Shown: positions 38,445-52,803, counted from the whole stretch's first letter. The stretch: DNA of 63,967 nucleotides, filler included, from Choristocarpus tenellus KU-1152 (GCA_964200185.2; 8 parts of 8 records of this genome joined end to end with filler, not necessarily neighbours in it), one strand, 5' to 3'. Notes: generated by a model not told the origin, from the sequence alone. Numbers and translations: made by a program.

Positions 38445-41400
38445 CTCTGCTGCTTGTGCACGCATATGTACCTTTTTTTGGCATACGGCTGTGGGATTTG
38501 ATGCAGGCGGAAGAATGATGTGTTATTCGGAGTAAGAGCCTCAACCTCTCCACAGGCATATGTTTTGTCACTGCTCTGATCCTTATCTGCTTGATCACTC
38601 CTGTCTGATGTTTTGCAAAACCTTTTGTTTAGTTATCACAGCGCAGCTTGTGCAGCACGAAATTTCTAAAATCAAGGAGAGCGAGGAACTGGGAGCGGGT
38701 GGAACAAACAACCAGTAAGCTGTAGCTGTTTTGTTGAAGTCATGATGGTTAGCTTGCCCCTAGGGCCGATCGGTATCATGTGTAACCCCTTCAACCTCTC
38801 TCTCCCCCTCCCTCCACCCACATTCAATTGCATCTCAATGAAAGTGGTTGTAACTCTTTCCCACAGATATCGCATGGATAACATTTTTCGTGTTTTTTTG
38901 TCCGTGGCAATTGTACCTGCAAGCTAAGTGAACCCTTGCATGTCGAATACAACATCTCTGCTGTTACCCCCTTGTCTCCATCTTTGTTTTCCCTTCCTGG
39001 TGCCAGTGCTACGTGCACTTTGCCTCCGCATCCCCTTCAGGGTAGTGTAACTTCCCCTATCGTATGTATCGAGTAGTGCCAAGGACACTCTATTTCGCAT
39101 AACACGCTCTATTTTCGGCACCTGTTTCTTCAGGCAAGCATCAGCACAAGCAACATCACCCCAGCCACCAGTGTTTCTCATGGCGCATTCCATGGGCTGC
39201 ATCACCAGTACAACTGCTGCACTTGACCCCAGCTTGGATCCACTCCGTACAACCCTTGTCTTGGTCGCCCCAGCCATACTTCCTCACCCACCTAGCCATC
39301 GGGGTATCCCTCCATCCCCATCAAGTTCCGGTCCTGATCCTAACCCCTTTTATCAAGAAGAGATCTGTGGGTCGGACTCGATGGCATCTGGCATGTCAGC
39401 AACACCAGGGACAGATTGCTTAGGGGGCAGGGGTGAAGGAGCAGAAGGGGGGGGAGTTGTGGATAAGGGAAGCGCTAGTGACAGGCTGAGTGGGAAGTTT
39501 AGGAGCGTGCTTGGACTGCCAAGGAGGGTGACAGGGGCATTGACAGGAGTGATGCTGGGGACAGCAAAGTGGATATTTGATTGGCTGGCTCTTCCACTTT
39601 TCTACCCTGCCAAGGTGGTGGGGCTGAGGTGGGTTATGTCCGTACTACCATATTTGTGTAAGGAGGTACAACATTTTCCTCATTCATCTCAAGAATGAGC
39701 CTAGGGATTAGCAACCCTTTCCCTCCCCCTCTATCCCTGATCTTGGATGCTAGTGTAAGAATAAGAGTGGTGGTTTGGAGAAATAGAACTCTCCGTGAAG
39801 AATACCTTTCTGTAGTAAAGTTTCATCCACTCTATCTCCTCTGTATTTCAGAGTAGATCAAGAAATTAGCATATTTTTGTTGTATAGTGGTAGGGTGTAT
39901 CGGAGCCTGCAGGTACACCTACTACATCATTGACCAGCATTTGTGACAATAGATGAGCATGTGTATGACACCTTGCATACCTGCCTGTGGAAGCCAACTT
40001 CAACCCGTAGGTCCATTGCCCCATTAAGATGGGGCTGGCCATACGCCTGGAGGGAAGTAAGGTTACTAAGGAGAGAGATTGCATGAACCATGCAGCTTGA
40101 GAGGAGGAAGTACCTATTGTTCCATATGAAATGCACTAGACAAGGCCTTTTTTTGTATGGTGAAATACATATATCCCATCAGGTGGAGCCATGCAATGTC
40201 GTATCACTGTATTGCTACTTGACTCAAACCTTACCTGACCAGTTGTATCATCCCACCTGCACTGTTGCTACTTGGCTTTGCCTGTATACCTGCACTCTTC
40301 GTCCCTCTCAAGGGCCCTTGCGTATCAGGGGAAATTTTGGAAGTTTGGTCTTCAAACTGCTTGGTGAGAGTTCTTTCCTGACACCATAATGTCATTCTTC
40401 AGTGAACCAATATTCTGCTTGCATTTTCTTCTGAGCACGTTTTTTTTTTATTTCTTGCTCTTGATTCAGTCACCAGAGCAACTCGGGACATACAATGGCT
40501 TGAATACTCATGGAACATTTTCTTGTTTGTTTCTAATTTTTCAATACTATACTGTGAGTCTTCTTGTTTTGCTTTGTGTCTGGAAGAGGCTCCAGAGACT
40601 GGGACTAACAGCAGGAGGTGTTGTCATGTTCAAAAGAATTTGTCATTTTGAAGGTCGGGATCCCACTGATATTGTGAAGAGGTGGTTAGTATGTTGATAT
40701 TGCCTGGTTGATACATCATGGTGTTCAAGGGTACAGTGTTGCTACATGCATGAAACTTGCACATAAGTAGATCTGCAACCTGCTCTTCCTTTGTCACATC
40801 TGCGCTTCTTCATCTTGTTTGGTGTTTTGCTGTGCTTCTTAGGCACTTCTCCCTCCCCCTTCCCCCTTCCCCCCTCTCAACATGTTAGGTTTGACAAAGA
40901 AGGAGTAACTGTGGATGTGATCAACCGCTACAGGTGGCCAACCCTCATCCAATCCTGGGAACGGTAGGTTCTGTTCAGCTGAATTATCTCTCTGTACGCT
41001 GCATTCCCATCTTCAATTCTAGGTGTTCTGTCCCAGGAGACTGGTGCTATGGATCGAAACCAAGTCCCCCCTTTTCTGTTGAGTATTATCCATCCCTGCT
41101 CGCACTCTCCGCTGTAGAAGTTAGCCCCTTAGTGTTCAACAACAAGGTTTAGCTAGGTTTTTGGACCATACAAAGAAGGATGTGTATACATCTGTGCACA
41201 AAACCTTTTGATGGGGATCGGGCCTCCACAATGTTATGAAACCTCTTGAACAATTGCATTCAACCATGCCTGGCTTCACGTGCAGTCATCCATGGACAGG
41301 GCAGTGGTAAGGTTTAGGAACTGGCGACATGTAGAAAAAATGGAGTCGTGTACATTTACAGAGTAGTGTCTTGTATGTCACACTGATCCAATGGAATGTG

Positions 41401-42893
41401 TTGAAACCTATGCTTTCCCCTCTTGGCATATCGCTGAGCACCTGCCACAACATACAACTACCCACGTTTCACAGTGGTATGGCCCTGTTCTTGCTGAGTC
41501 GCCTCCAGTTCAGCGGTGGTGGGCTGACTGGCTCCCCTGGTCTGGTAGAAGCCCTGGCTGCAAAGGCGGCACGGGGAATGAAGATTGTGATTGTCCAAGG
41601 TAATCCGGAACTGTTGTGACTGCTCTGATGGCTCCCTGTACTGGGTGGATTGTTTTGTGTTTTGTTTGGACGGCGAATATGCTGTTCTGTTTTCAGTGTA
41701 CAGCGTGTTTGAATTGGACTGCGTTTGGTTGTTATCCCTAGATAGGCCTAGCCAATGATTGCTACGTAAGTTCAAAATGAAGAACTTACAAGCTTGTGCT
41801 ACAAAATTTCTTTTCAATATTGTGGGCACCCGTCCGGTATGATCTCCTTGTAACAGACTGTGCAACTGTGTACTTTAGGCTGACATATTCGCACATCGAC
41901 AAATTATCCTCTCCATCCTTTTCTCTTCAGCTCTTTGTATGCAAAAAATCCAAGCTTGTTCTCACATCTTGCATTGCTACGAGTTTTTTGTTGTTGGGCA
42001 AGGAAACATCTAGGGCTCTCCATCCTGTGTTGTCATTCTTTGTTTGTGCCGCATACAGTATTGTCTTGACTTCTATGCCTTTGATCCAATTCTATCCCCA
42101 TTCCCCTGTCCCTAATCGTTCTTCACCTTTGCCTGTGCATGGGTAACTGTTGTGCTTTGCACCTATCTTTATTCCGCCTGGGAAGGTGAAAATGATCCGT
42201 TGGTTTCCCTTGTAAAAGTGAAGAATGGGTTAGCTGAGGCCATCCCAGAGGCCAAGGTGAGGATGAACAATTATATCAATCCTATCTGCTAAGCACTTCA
42301 GAAATACTTCAAAGTACTCAATACTTAGTATTATGTGAACTACAAGTACCACCTTATTCCGTTCTGATGTGTTCAAAATTTGTTGAGTGGGGACAAGTAA
42401 ATCTTTGCCAAGCCTTGCTGAACTACTATCTTGGTCTACTGCTATCATACTACAGTAGAACAAGCTTTGGACACCACCAAGTCATTGAAGTTTCTGTTCA
42501 ACTTTTGGTCCTCGTGTGGATGGGACAACTAGATAATAAACCAGCAAGTTTGCTGTTCAAAGTATAGCCGTTGCAACAAGCAGCCAAGTGGTCTCCATGT
42601 TGTTGCAATCGTCACCTGTTCAGCATCTTTGCAGAAGTAGTTAATGATGAGGAAGAGCATATAAAGTTCACTCTTTGCCGGATCCTTTCTTGCCCTTCTG
42701 TATGAAGGTGAGCTTAACCACCCTCATTCCATTTCAACTTGACCATTTTCCCCTCCCCCTCCCCTCAATCCCTGCCCCCCACCCTGCTGCACCGTGGCAG
42801 CTTGTGGTGATGCCTGAGTGTGGCCATGTCCCTCACGAGGAACAGCCAGAAGAGTTTGTTCGGATGGTGTTGCAGGCACTGGACGAAGAGTAG
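35599..42893 (+). CDS. Alpha/beta hydrolase (Abhydrolase_1/6), probably plastid-targeted; ~11 exons (35599-35991, 36190-~36390, ~36573-36689, 38153-38402, ~38632-38714, ~39134-39628, ~40312-40363, ~40889-40962, ~41475-41599, ~42186-42256, 42801-42893)
   Basis: Signal peptide ending AWS-F; VHYL, LGHGFGASSLSW, DTPGFGLTERP, AHSMG (nucleophile), LVLVAPAI, IVIVQGENDPLV (acid) and MPECGHVPHEEQPEEF (His); GT-AG sites flank each exon. Confidence 0.88.
38403..38442. repeat. (GT)n microsatellite starting at a splice donor
   Basis: Read directly. Confidence 0.95.
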
Positions 42894-43974
42894 GGGCAAG
42901 AATGGGTTGTGCTTTGCAGCACAGATGAATACAGTGGAAGGTAGGACATGCCTGTATTCCTACCACCAGAAGGATGGTACACTTGTGACTTGACCTGATG
43001 GTACTTGCTATGGAGAGCATGCTGCATGTATTTACTGAAACAGTATTTTTATACCCCATGACTTTGTTTCGATTAATGTGTGATACCTGGCTGGGTCCAT
43101 TGGCTATTTCTTTTTCTAGGCTATTGTTGCTTGTGCGGGAAGGTGCAATACTATGTCCTGCAGTTAAGCATCAGGGCACTTGTGCTCCTGAAGACTGGGT
43201 GTCAAAGGTTTCTGTCAATAGTAATTTGATTGTTGCTCTCGATTTATCAATGATAGAGTGTGCTTACATGGTGCAAGTGTGGGTTACTGCGGGGGATATT
43301 TTTGGAGGAAGGAAGCCTTTTACTGCATTTTTGACTGTGGGGAATAGAATACAGAACATACTTGTTGCTGACAACAAAAAACAAACCTTTCACAAGGGCC
43401 TCTGGCCTCATTTTAGCATTGTGTATGGTGTCTGCTCTTGTGGCTGCCACATCTTGAACTATTTCAAGGACTCGTGTTCAGTGTGTTCTGTGCCTTGTAT
43501 GCTTCTTCGATGTTCTTTTTTGATATGCCCACTGACACTTCAATATCTATCCGTCACATGTTGCTACAGTCCTGCTATTCTACTTCAAAATGCGGACTGG
43601 TAAGGCTGTGATGTAACAGTGCTGCTCTGCATACTACCAGCAGCGAATGGAGACTAAGAGAGTGACTGTCTATTGTGCTATCATACCCTCAACCAACATC
43701 GCATCCCATTGTTCCCCGAATAGTCAACAGCACAGAAAGTCAGGTCCACTGATTCCACAGCAGTTTCTTCTATGTCCTCCATTTCATAGTTTGAAGGACC
43801 TGCAGAGGCACTCTTCTCAAGGGAGACCTCCTCAGGCTCATAGTGATTTGTCCTCCGACATAGACAAGTCAGGTTTTGTTGGGCAAAAGAGGGGTGAAGA
43901 AGATTATTGAATACATCTCTCGTTGTTGCTATGTGATGAGAAATATGTGAAATTAAAACAGGAGTTGCAGTATT

Positions 43975-43981
43975 ACTATTT

Positions 43982-44021
<40 letters not shown>
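43975..44021. repeat. (TAC)n microsatellite
   Basis: Read directly. Confidence 0.95.
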
Positions 44022-44022
<1 letters not shown>

Positions 44023-44289
44023 TCTTGTATTGTGCTGTTGTTGAAGGGCGTGACTGGATTACATTTTGTGCGCCCCCCAAAAAATAGGGGAAAAGGATCG
44101 ACTCCTTGACAGTCATACAACATATACTACAGCAAGAGACTTCTCCAAGAAAGTATGGTGCACAGGCAGGCACATCACTTCCGATCGGTGACATGCACAT
44201 AGTGGAGTAGAGAAAGGCTATAAATGCTACATTCGATGGGAGAGTCAAGATGATGTCACTTGAGATACCACTGTTCCACTAAAGGAGCA

Positions 44290-44500
44290 CAGAGTCGCGT
44301 GAGAATAAGAGCACTTCAGTGGAACAGCAGGGGGTTGCGGGACAAGGGATGTGGAGTTTCCAGCAATGGCAATCTTGTGGGGCGTGTCCCCAACATATTG
44401 CGCCTACCTGGTGGAAGACTGCTCATGGCTGGAAGAAGTACGTGCAGATTCAACCAATCTATCTACTCGCCTCAGAACCCAAATTGATTGATCTAACAAG
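44290..44500 (+). mobile_element. LINE apurinic-endonuclease N-terminal fragment
   Basis: IRALQWNSRGLRDK (ILQWNxxGL motif) followed by QPIYLLASEPKL (I.CLQETKL-like). Confidence 0.5.
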
Positions 44501-46379
44501 GTCCTGGATGAATGCCGAGTGTAGCAGGCCTACAGCTTCCGTTGCCCTCATTTTTTTTGGGGTCGGCACTGCGGTGATATGATGGATCTCTGTGACAATC
44601 ATAGAGAAGGGCATGGTTTCTCCTTTACATCATTCTTTTTGCAACAAGTATTTGCAATGACAGCTAAGAGAAACGCAATATCAAGGCATTCTACCCGAGG
44701 ATTGAAGGGATATCTTGTAAGTCGAGGAGATCCGAAGTTTTTTATATCCACATTTTGTCTTCCAAATCATATCATAACATGTACTGGGAGTATGTAGTGC
44801 CCATCACCCCTTCAGTGGTGAAAAAACACTGCCTACTTCCGGGGGAAACCCAACATGTATACTGGAGTATATACATGTATAGCAGTCCCAAATTGTAACA
44901 AGCTGCTTTTGTTGAAACACTAAACATGCTGTACATATATGCACATACTATACAACATAAATTTGAGACCATAGACCCTATCTCTGTGTATGTGCTGCAT
45001 CACTGACTTTCATACCTAGGACCAACCATCCACTTCCTGTTGGGCAGGCACTACTACTTAAATGATAGGAGTGTGACACAGGTCAAGCAGGAGAGTAATT
45101 TGAAGTAGTACGCTAATGTTCCTCTGTTGTAATACTGTACTGAGTGCATGCAGTAGCAGTAAGTACCATTTGTAGAACCTGATGATGAATTAAACAAAAG
45201 TCTGCTTCGGTGTATGTAAGAAATTAGATAATGGTTTATGATACACTTGAATGAGGACATTCTATACATACATTGAAGTGTGGTGTTGTTTTTTGAATGC
45301 TCAGCATACTTTGAAGTGAAAGTAGACACAAGCACTGGAGGTAGAGGGCCTCAATGATCTGGGCGGGGATATTGTACGAAAACAACAATGACCCTCGCCC
45401 AGTAGGCTCTAAGAACAACAATTTTAGAGAGGCCATTTTCAGCTGTAGTCTTCGGAAGCATAGCAGCAGTGTAAAAATTGACTAGTATAGAACTACGTTC
45501 AAGGTAACATATGTTGTTGTATTGTTAGTTTTTAACTATTAAGTTTTTAGGGAGGTATCTCAGCAACGACAATTACTGTATCGACAGTTCTGGTAATACA
45601 TTTTTTAGGTCTCTGTTCCCCCCCGCTCTTCACACATCTGCAAAATTATATGTTACATATATATATGAACACCTTCCCACGTTATTACGTACCAGTATGT
45701 TAATAGCAATATTATAGTGCCCATTGATGTATTGCAAAGTTTTTCATGTAGGGAATAAGAAGAAACACAAGGTAAAGAATAGAACAAATACGAACAGCAA
45801 TAGAGTCTGTATTTGTTCATTTATCCCCACTGATATTTTGTAAAGTCGCCTTAGGGCAGGGATAAGACAACTCAAAATATCCTAGGATAGTATAAATATG
45901 AGACTTCTCCAACAACAGTTGTCGTTTCCAATATATTCCTATTGTACTCTCTTCTTAATCTGCACTATGTACAATAATGATACATTCGGCATTGTCCTCT
46001 ACTAAAAGATATCCACACTGTTATCCTCCTGGCCTAGCCTTACAAAGGTGTCGGCAAGCTAAGAAGAATCCCCAAAATATGTGAGGCCCCTTTTCACTCT
46101 CTGGCCCGTTGTCTTCAGCTTGAAGTGTATGACGCACCTCAAGAGAGCTATCTGTGCAATTTCTGACACGATCTGTCTCAAAGAGTCTTGAAAATCCCTT
46201 TCCTACGGTAACACCCAGTTCCGCTATCTCCTACTGCATGTGTGACCACCTCATTTTGGACACTCTCTGCTTGCTTATACCTGGTGAGGGTCACTCCCCC
46301 GCAGGTCCCGCAATGGAGCAAGCAGAATACGCCTCCTTACGGACACTGGCAAAGATCGTAGAGGTGGTAAACTCATCTG

Positions 46380-46525
46380 ACTCCAGGGTGTCCATTTGGT
46401 CAAAACCAGGAAAAGTGCACTTACATTATCCATCTGACGTATTCAACCAAATCACCCAAAAATCGTGACATAAAACATTTGACACCAAATGGACAGCCGC
46501 GAACCCCCCCCAGATACTTTGAGCC
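46380..46525 (+). mobile_element. MITE family A copy with truncated left end (another A terminus at 46932-46965)
   Basis: cagggtgtccatttgg…aagtgcacttacattatcc…caaatggacagc…ccccagatactttgagcc. Confidence 0.8.
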
Positions 46526-46539
46526 AGGTACTTTGACTC

Positions 46540-46830
46540 TCTATTCCATTCTGAACTCCTCCACATGCGACTGGGTGGCATTTTCCTCCTATGTCAGAGA
46601 GTTGAGAGGCTTTATGGAGCCTCCAAAACTCAGGGGGGAGAGGCACTTGGGCCATGTACGCTTTAACGGGCATTGTCTGTGGTGATGGCTGGGCGGATAT
46701 GGCTGGGGTGAGGGCCATGAGGGCCTGGGGCGGAGTTGCTATTAGCACGCATGAAGGCTATGTGTAGGGTATTCCCCCCGTGGGGGGCGACTGTACACTG
46801 ATGTCCCTGGACCCCTCTCCTGTGGGTACT
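46540..46830 (-). mobile_element. CRE/R2-like non-LTR RT N-terminal fragment
   Basis: SAPGPHGPHPSHIR (SAPGPxG..P.HL motif) and GGKCHPVACGGV (RP.A.GEV-like), frameshifted. Confidence 0.55.
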
Positions 46831-49069
46831 TTCTCCTTTGGCTGCCATGATTGCTTGTCTGAGAACATACGAATTAGAGACAAGCACCACAAAAGTGATC
46901 TCATAATCTGGAGAGAAGAGTAGACTCAGGAGACTCAAAGTATCTAAGGGGGGGGGGGGAGTTGTNNNNNNNNNNNNNNNNNNNNNNNNNNNNNNNNNNN
47001 NNNNNNNNNTTAATTAATTAANNNNNNNNNNNNNNNNNNNNNNNNNNNNNNNNNNNNNNNNNNNNCTCTATTCGCCTGTAACACAGCTGCCATGGGTTCT
47101 TTGACATGACAGTTGTCCATGAAGCACTTGGTTTATCAACCGTACATTTGTATCATATGTGTCGGGGGGTTTACCCTTGCACTCCGCCTCTTAATTGTGA
47201 TCCCATTCTGTTCAAGATTGTTTTGCAGACATGCCACTCACTTCGTCTCCAGTCCACCTGGCATTCGCTTTCTCTTTGCGAGTTCCCCAAAACATAAGGC
47301 CTTGGTAGGTGCTCTTTATTTTCCTTTCTAAGCAGTCCTGAGTAAACACAGATATAATAAATCTTCTGCACTTCATGCAAGTAAAAATCCAGATTCAACT
47401 ATTTAAATCTGGACAGAAGTATATCCTAAAATCTTGGGTTGAAGGTCATTTGACTCTTTAAGGCGGAAGAAAGCTGGCGTTTTGTGTACCAAAAATTATG
47501 AGTTTGTTACTGGCGAGGACCTAGTGAAATAATTTAGCATTCTGGAGTGTTACCTAATTTATGTGTGCATTATTTGTGTTGCAATTTGAATACCTATGAG
47601 CTCGTCTGCCTATATTTCGATCGAGTTTGCGTCCAAGAGTGGTGCCGTGCCTTCTTGTTTCGGAACATGGTTTGTGTTCTGACTTATTCACATTAGTATT
47701 AATAGTAGTGTAGAGTATTCAATGACTGGAAGCGATGACAATAACGGTAACAGTGATCGATGAAGGGGTGGATGGATGCAATTTCTTCTTGCTCAGGTGA
47801 ACTGAGAAGAGTGCGGCTTTAATCAACCTCACATAATGCGACGTCGTCTGAATTCCGATATTTGGACAGTTGGTCCTGCCGTGAAAAGATTATTTGTCAC
47901 AAGTAACCACCAGTAATACTAAAAAAATCTGCACGTAATGAAAGTGACAACATACATCGCAGAAAGGAGAGGGTATTGGAAAAGAGTAATATAAATTGCT
48001 GTTGCTAGTGGTGTTGTTATTGATAAAGTTTTGTGCTACTGATAGCATATGTATGAAGGGCATTGATTTCTGAAGAGAGCAATAGCTGCATTGTTGCAGT
48101 TATTAAACTTGTGTCATGAAAGGCAACAGACCTGGCACCCTTCAATGACCAAGCAGTACATACTACGCAGATACATACATGACTCACCCAAACATATAAA
48201 TTCGTAGTGAATGTTACTGTATGAAGTATAATACTACTACTACCACCACCAAATATACTTAGGATCAAGTTACTAATTAAACAAGTGAACCAACACTTGC
48301 TCAAACCTCATTTCCTACAAGGAGGGAGAGATGAACTAATGGGATAAGAGAACAATGTTCAATGCAAATTGGCACGGCCACTACTACTAGAGTTGTCCTG
48401 CCGATAACAATCAATAACGTAAGACCTGATTTGCTACAACACCAAATCAGCTGAGATATAGGCAGGTTTAAACCTTTTGCATTGAAAGTAATTTTTCTCA
48501 CCTTGTGCGATACACTCTATTTCATTGCGTTATGTGCACACAAAAGTGTACGAACATTTGATGTCTCCCCTTTCCACACACAGAGTGACACCACACTTCA
48601 GTGAAGGTCCTGTTTGCAATTGTACAAAATGTTTTTTTTTCCCCTTTCTTGGGATCTCTAAAATGCAACCTTGCCTACCTCTCAGTTGGCTTGGCTCCAT
48701 ACTGTCTGAAACAGATGTAATATTTGAACCAACTACTAAAAAAGAGGGGAAGTCTTGTGTTAGCATCTTGTTTTGTGTTCTATCTTTGGAGATGAAAAAC
48801 TCACATCTATGTGGGCTACCCATTACTGGGGTGTTTTTAATGTAGTACTGAATACCTGATGGTTACTCAGGGCTATTCGCTATCATTCTATTGAACTGAC
48901 CAGACCCCTCTCCCGACCAGGTTACATGGGTATGGTTTCCGATTTGGGATAAAATGTTTGTAGTAATGCATTAGACTTTGCTCCTTCATTTAAAACATAT
49001 CATCTTTTCAATTCGATGTCACTCATTGAAATCTAGAGTGACATTTCGTTTAAACTTTTTTTAGTAAGT

Positions 49070-52000
49070 TCTGTGAGAGGGAACAACATTGGAATTTTCT
49101 CGTGCGTAGTGTAGCTTGTCGCTGGTCGGGAGCTTATTGAAACGAGCCCCAATCTGGCACAATGTTGTGCGCGTGTACATGCTCTACCAGTATTTGAAGG
49201 CGGGTACCTACTTCACTCAGTGATGATGATGATGCCTCTTGTTTTTTTTGTGTTAGCCCTGTATGCCGTATGCTGTGTGTGAACGTGTGTTGTTTTGTCT
49301 ATCGCTACTATTTATAGTCATATTACTACTAGTTACCTATCAGTACTACAACAGCTACCACTAAAACCACTCACTACATATGCTGACCGCCCCATGTATA
49401 ATATGATTATTGCCTGCAGCTCCTTTTGTCTCCTCTGTACTTCTTCTAGTGCTGTTGTTTGTTAGCATCATGACTCCAAATTATTCAGAGACAATGATAT
49501 TCACTTCATTAAATAGGCATACACCATTCTCCGAAATAGTGCTGACATAGTGAACCTGGAGGTGACAGTGCTTCTGATCATCCACTTGGAACAACCGTAT
49601 TTCGGCTATCACTTTAGCTACCAGTCCCAGCACGTTTTAAGTTCGGTACTTACTCCTAGCCACCAGCTTTTCCTCGATAATTGCTAAAAAAAATGAGAGA
49701 GTAAGTGCTGTTCAATGTTGTGTGGGTGCCACGCTTCACCTCAAACTCCATAAAGTCGTTCTCCCAATGTGCAGATAGTTCAACTGTAAGTCTCTCTCAG
49801 GTCTCAAACCACCTATAGTTTTGATGGCACCATTACAATGCACTCCAGCACAATATCAGCCAACTGACCATGCAAAGCACGCACCTCTCCTTGTGTGTGG
49901 TATGTTGTCCGGAGCAAAGAAGGTATTGGGACCACCACAATGAGGTAGGTGATGGAAGAAGTATCGCTCATTAGTGATTTATAAGAGACAAAATAAAGTA
50001 GAGAAGGCCAAAAAACAGATAAATAAATCTACACTGTACCTGATTGCAGGAGCATCCATCGAACCAGAATATAAGTCATGAACAAAAAAAAGGTTACGTA
50101 CCACCTTGTCCTTGGTGATGGTGAATATCTAAGTGTGGAAAATACAGTAACTGTCTGCAGTCCTTTCATATCTGGTGAAAGTGTACAGGGGCGCCTTAAA
50201 CACTCCAAACCCATATACATTGATTGCAATAATGTAAATCTAACCTGTAGAAGAACATCTCTCGCAATCCCAATACTCGAGGCTGGTTGTCATCCACAAA
50301 CGGTAAGGGAAGGTTGGTATGGTCCTTAAGAGAGTGGGTGGTGAGGGGAACCAACATAGTAGAACAGAGGTGACATCATAGAACATGACGTACATATAAA
50401 CTACTGTATCATCATAATATTTATTATTATGTCCGTTGATGAGATGTTGGACGGATTGTCGTAGGGGAGAAATAAAATAAACGGAAAGCTTCAACCATCA
50501 CCTCTCAACTGCAATCTCGTTTTCACTTCTTCACGCACATCTTCCAAAACCTAACCTTAACCAGGTTACCCATCTTACAGCTATCGCATCCCGACATCCG
50601 TATAGAGTGTCCAGATGTCGTCTGTACGGGGTTGACATTATTCTTTGCTTTTTGTTCCTTCCTAGGACATCCCAAGTCAAGTACCTTGGCACCTGCACGG
50701 AGCCTATCACAGTTCATGTATTCCGCTCCGGAGGTTACACTGTACGAGGCAGTCAAAGACTTCTTCCACACTTTTTCAAATATGCTACCCACAGTGATAT
50801 CTTCACCCAGATGTAATACTTATACTCTGGCTTCAAATCGTATGCCCCTTCTTCCCGGAATTTCAGTCCTGGCAACTGAAGTCGAGGTTGATGCCACTGC
50901 TCGATAGGTTTTGGAGCAAGTGTTCCAAGTTGAAATTCCGTACTTCCAAGTATGATTTTGTGTTGCCATTATGGGAAAACTGAGGCGCTACATGTGAATA
51001 ATCGTAATGATCAACAACTAGCAGTGTGGGGAATCGACCCATTAGTTGAGGGACCTACTCCCCCCCCATGGTCAGGTTTTTCAAGTTATGTGGGAAAACC
51101 TTGAACAAAAAATATAACAACAATGGTCCTATGCAATGCCGTGACAGGCTATACGATACGCGCTTTGATGATAAATCGAATAACCAAATCAACAAAGTCA
51201 TATGGCACAGTGTTGTTGTACTCAATATAGCATCATGGCTTACACACCCACAATCCTTTCTTCAGTCAACTACAAAACAGCTATAGTTGTGGAGTAGTAG
51301 GGAAGTCATAAATTGGAGAGGCTCACTGATCCAGACAGAGCATAGAAAAAAACAGAATACGAAATCTTACCAGTCCATACACAGTGATGATGACCCTTGG
51401 CATGAAGCCCCTGTCTCAATCGTCGGATGTCAATAGCAGTGTACATAATGTGGATGTTCACCTCCTGGAAATTAACTACCCATCCATACGTGCACAAATA
51501 TTACATATAATGTGTGCACGTATTACTCAAATATACTCGTAGTGTGTTGTATGATAGGTCAGTATTCCTCTGATTTTCAGTAGTATTGATAGTATCATGC
51601 GCCAAAAACATTTACTAATATTACCAACATAACTACTACACGGCGCACATCTCAGATGTTAATGAGCATCAATGGAGAGATGGAACACATCCTAGGCAGC
51701 AGTACGGAGGAAGAGGGCAAATCCAAGGTCATTCGATGGAATTTGTCCCCTGTCACAAAGCGAGATGGTATCGTGGTGCTTTCCTCGTCACTTTGCCTCC
51801 CAAGCAAAGCAGCATGTTTCACCCTCAGTCTGTTCTCAATGTAAAGGCTCTCCACTCCTAGCCCTGCTATGTACCTCAACCTCCAATTGCTGCGTACTTC
51901 AAAGCACCCCATCCACAGCAAGACCAAGTTTCACATACTGAAGGCCCATAATAAAATGCTTCAATAACCACAACAATATCAATATTTGCAAGAACAATGA

Positions 52001-52803
52001 CAACCCTACTGGTGTGCACACCGCAAAAACTGTAATAGAAGCCACTACCGTAGTCAGCTACATTCACAACATGAAAAACGGTAAAATACCTCGCACAGAC
52101 AATTAGATCTATCTATATAGAGTTCCTCAAAATCCAATCCCCACTCTCTACCCTCATACATTCTCGTTGTTGATTATGTGTGAAATGCAAGTTCAACAAA
52201 ACAACACCTGAAACCAAATCGTCCAGAGCTTTATGACGCATTTTGACACTGTGATTTCCCTCTCCCTCTTTCCTCACTCCTGGACCTCAATATTTGGTTC
52301 ATTGCAGGCTTCTCCTCTTTGCCATCCTCCGCACAGATCATACTGTGGAGTACTCCCTGTACCCGAGTCTTCTAGTCCCTTCCCGCCATCTACTCCTTAC
52401 CTTGTGGGTAGTGAGTAACCTAGGACCGGTTTTGGCATGATTCACTGCCCCAGATTACTTTCCTCTCTAAGATGCCCTGGTTGTTCCCATTTGGGGGATC
52501 GGAGTGAGGGAGAATGTGAATAGCTAAGAATGTTACAGTTGGTCATGACGGATACAGTGCCAAAACCCCTCCTGCCAATTTCCGAGCCTGAGCCATGACT
52601 TCAGCATGGGACGGTCTTCTCCCCAGGAGGTGAGCAAAGCGTTCCTGGACTGCCTTGCCCATATTGCTGTCGGGCTCTAGCACCAGTTCATAATGATTGG
52701 AAGAATGCAAGATTGAAAATCCTGCTCTTGTCACCACTCGCTTCTGCCCTTTACTGTCGTAGCAGATATAGTCCAGGTTTGCAAAGGAGCATTGGACTTG
52801 CTG
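49070..52803 (-). pseudogene. Multi-exon pseudogene, probably Plavaka/CACTA-like transposase plus accessory ORF remnants
   Basis: Spliceable exon remnants with in-frame stops: EVNIHIMY...CVWT|APQFSHNG..., DHTNLPLPFVDDNQPRVLGLREMFFYR|YERTADSYCIFHT*, LSAHWENDFMEF (H.L.HY...I..FG-like), VIAEIRLFQ..HCHLQVHYV and HVHAHNIVPDW (similar to the Plavaka C-terminus). Confidence 0.35.

Noticed and set aside
42998-43603. 201-aa ORF after the hydrolase
   Set aside because: Cys/Leu-rich, no motifs, lies in the likely 3' UTR.
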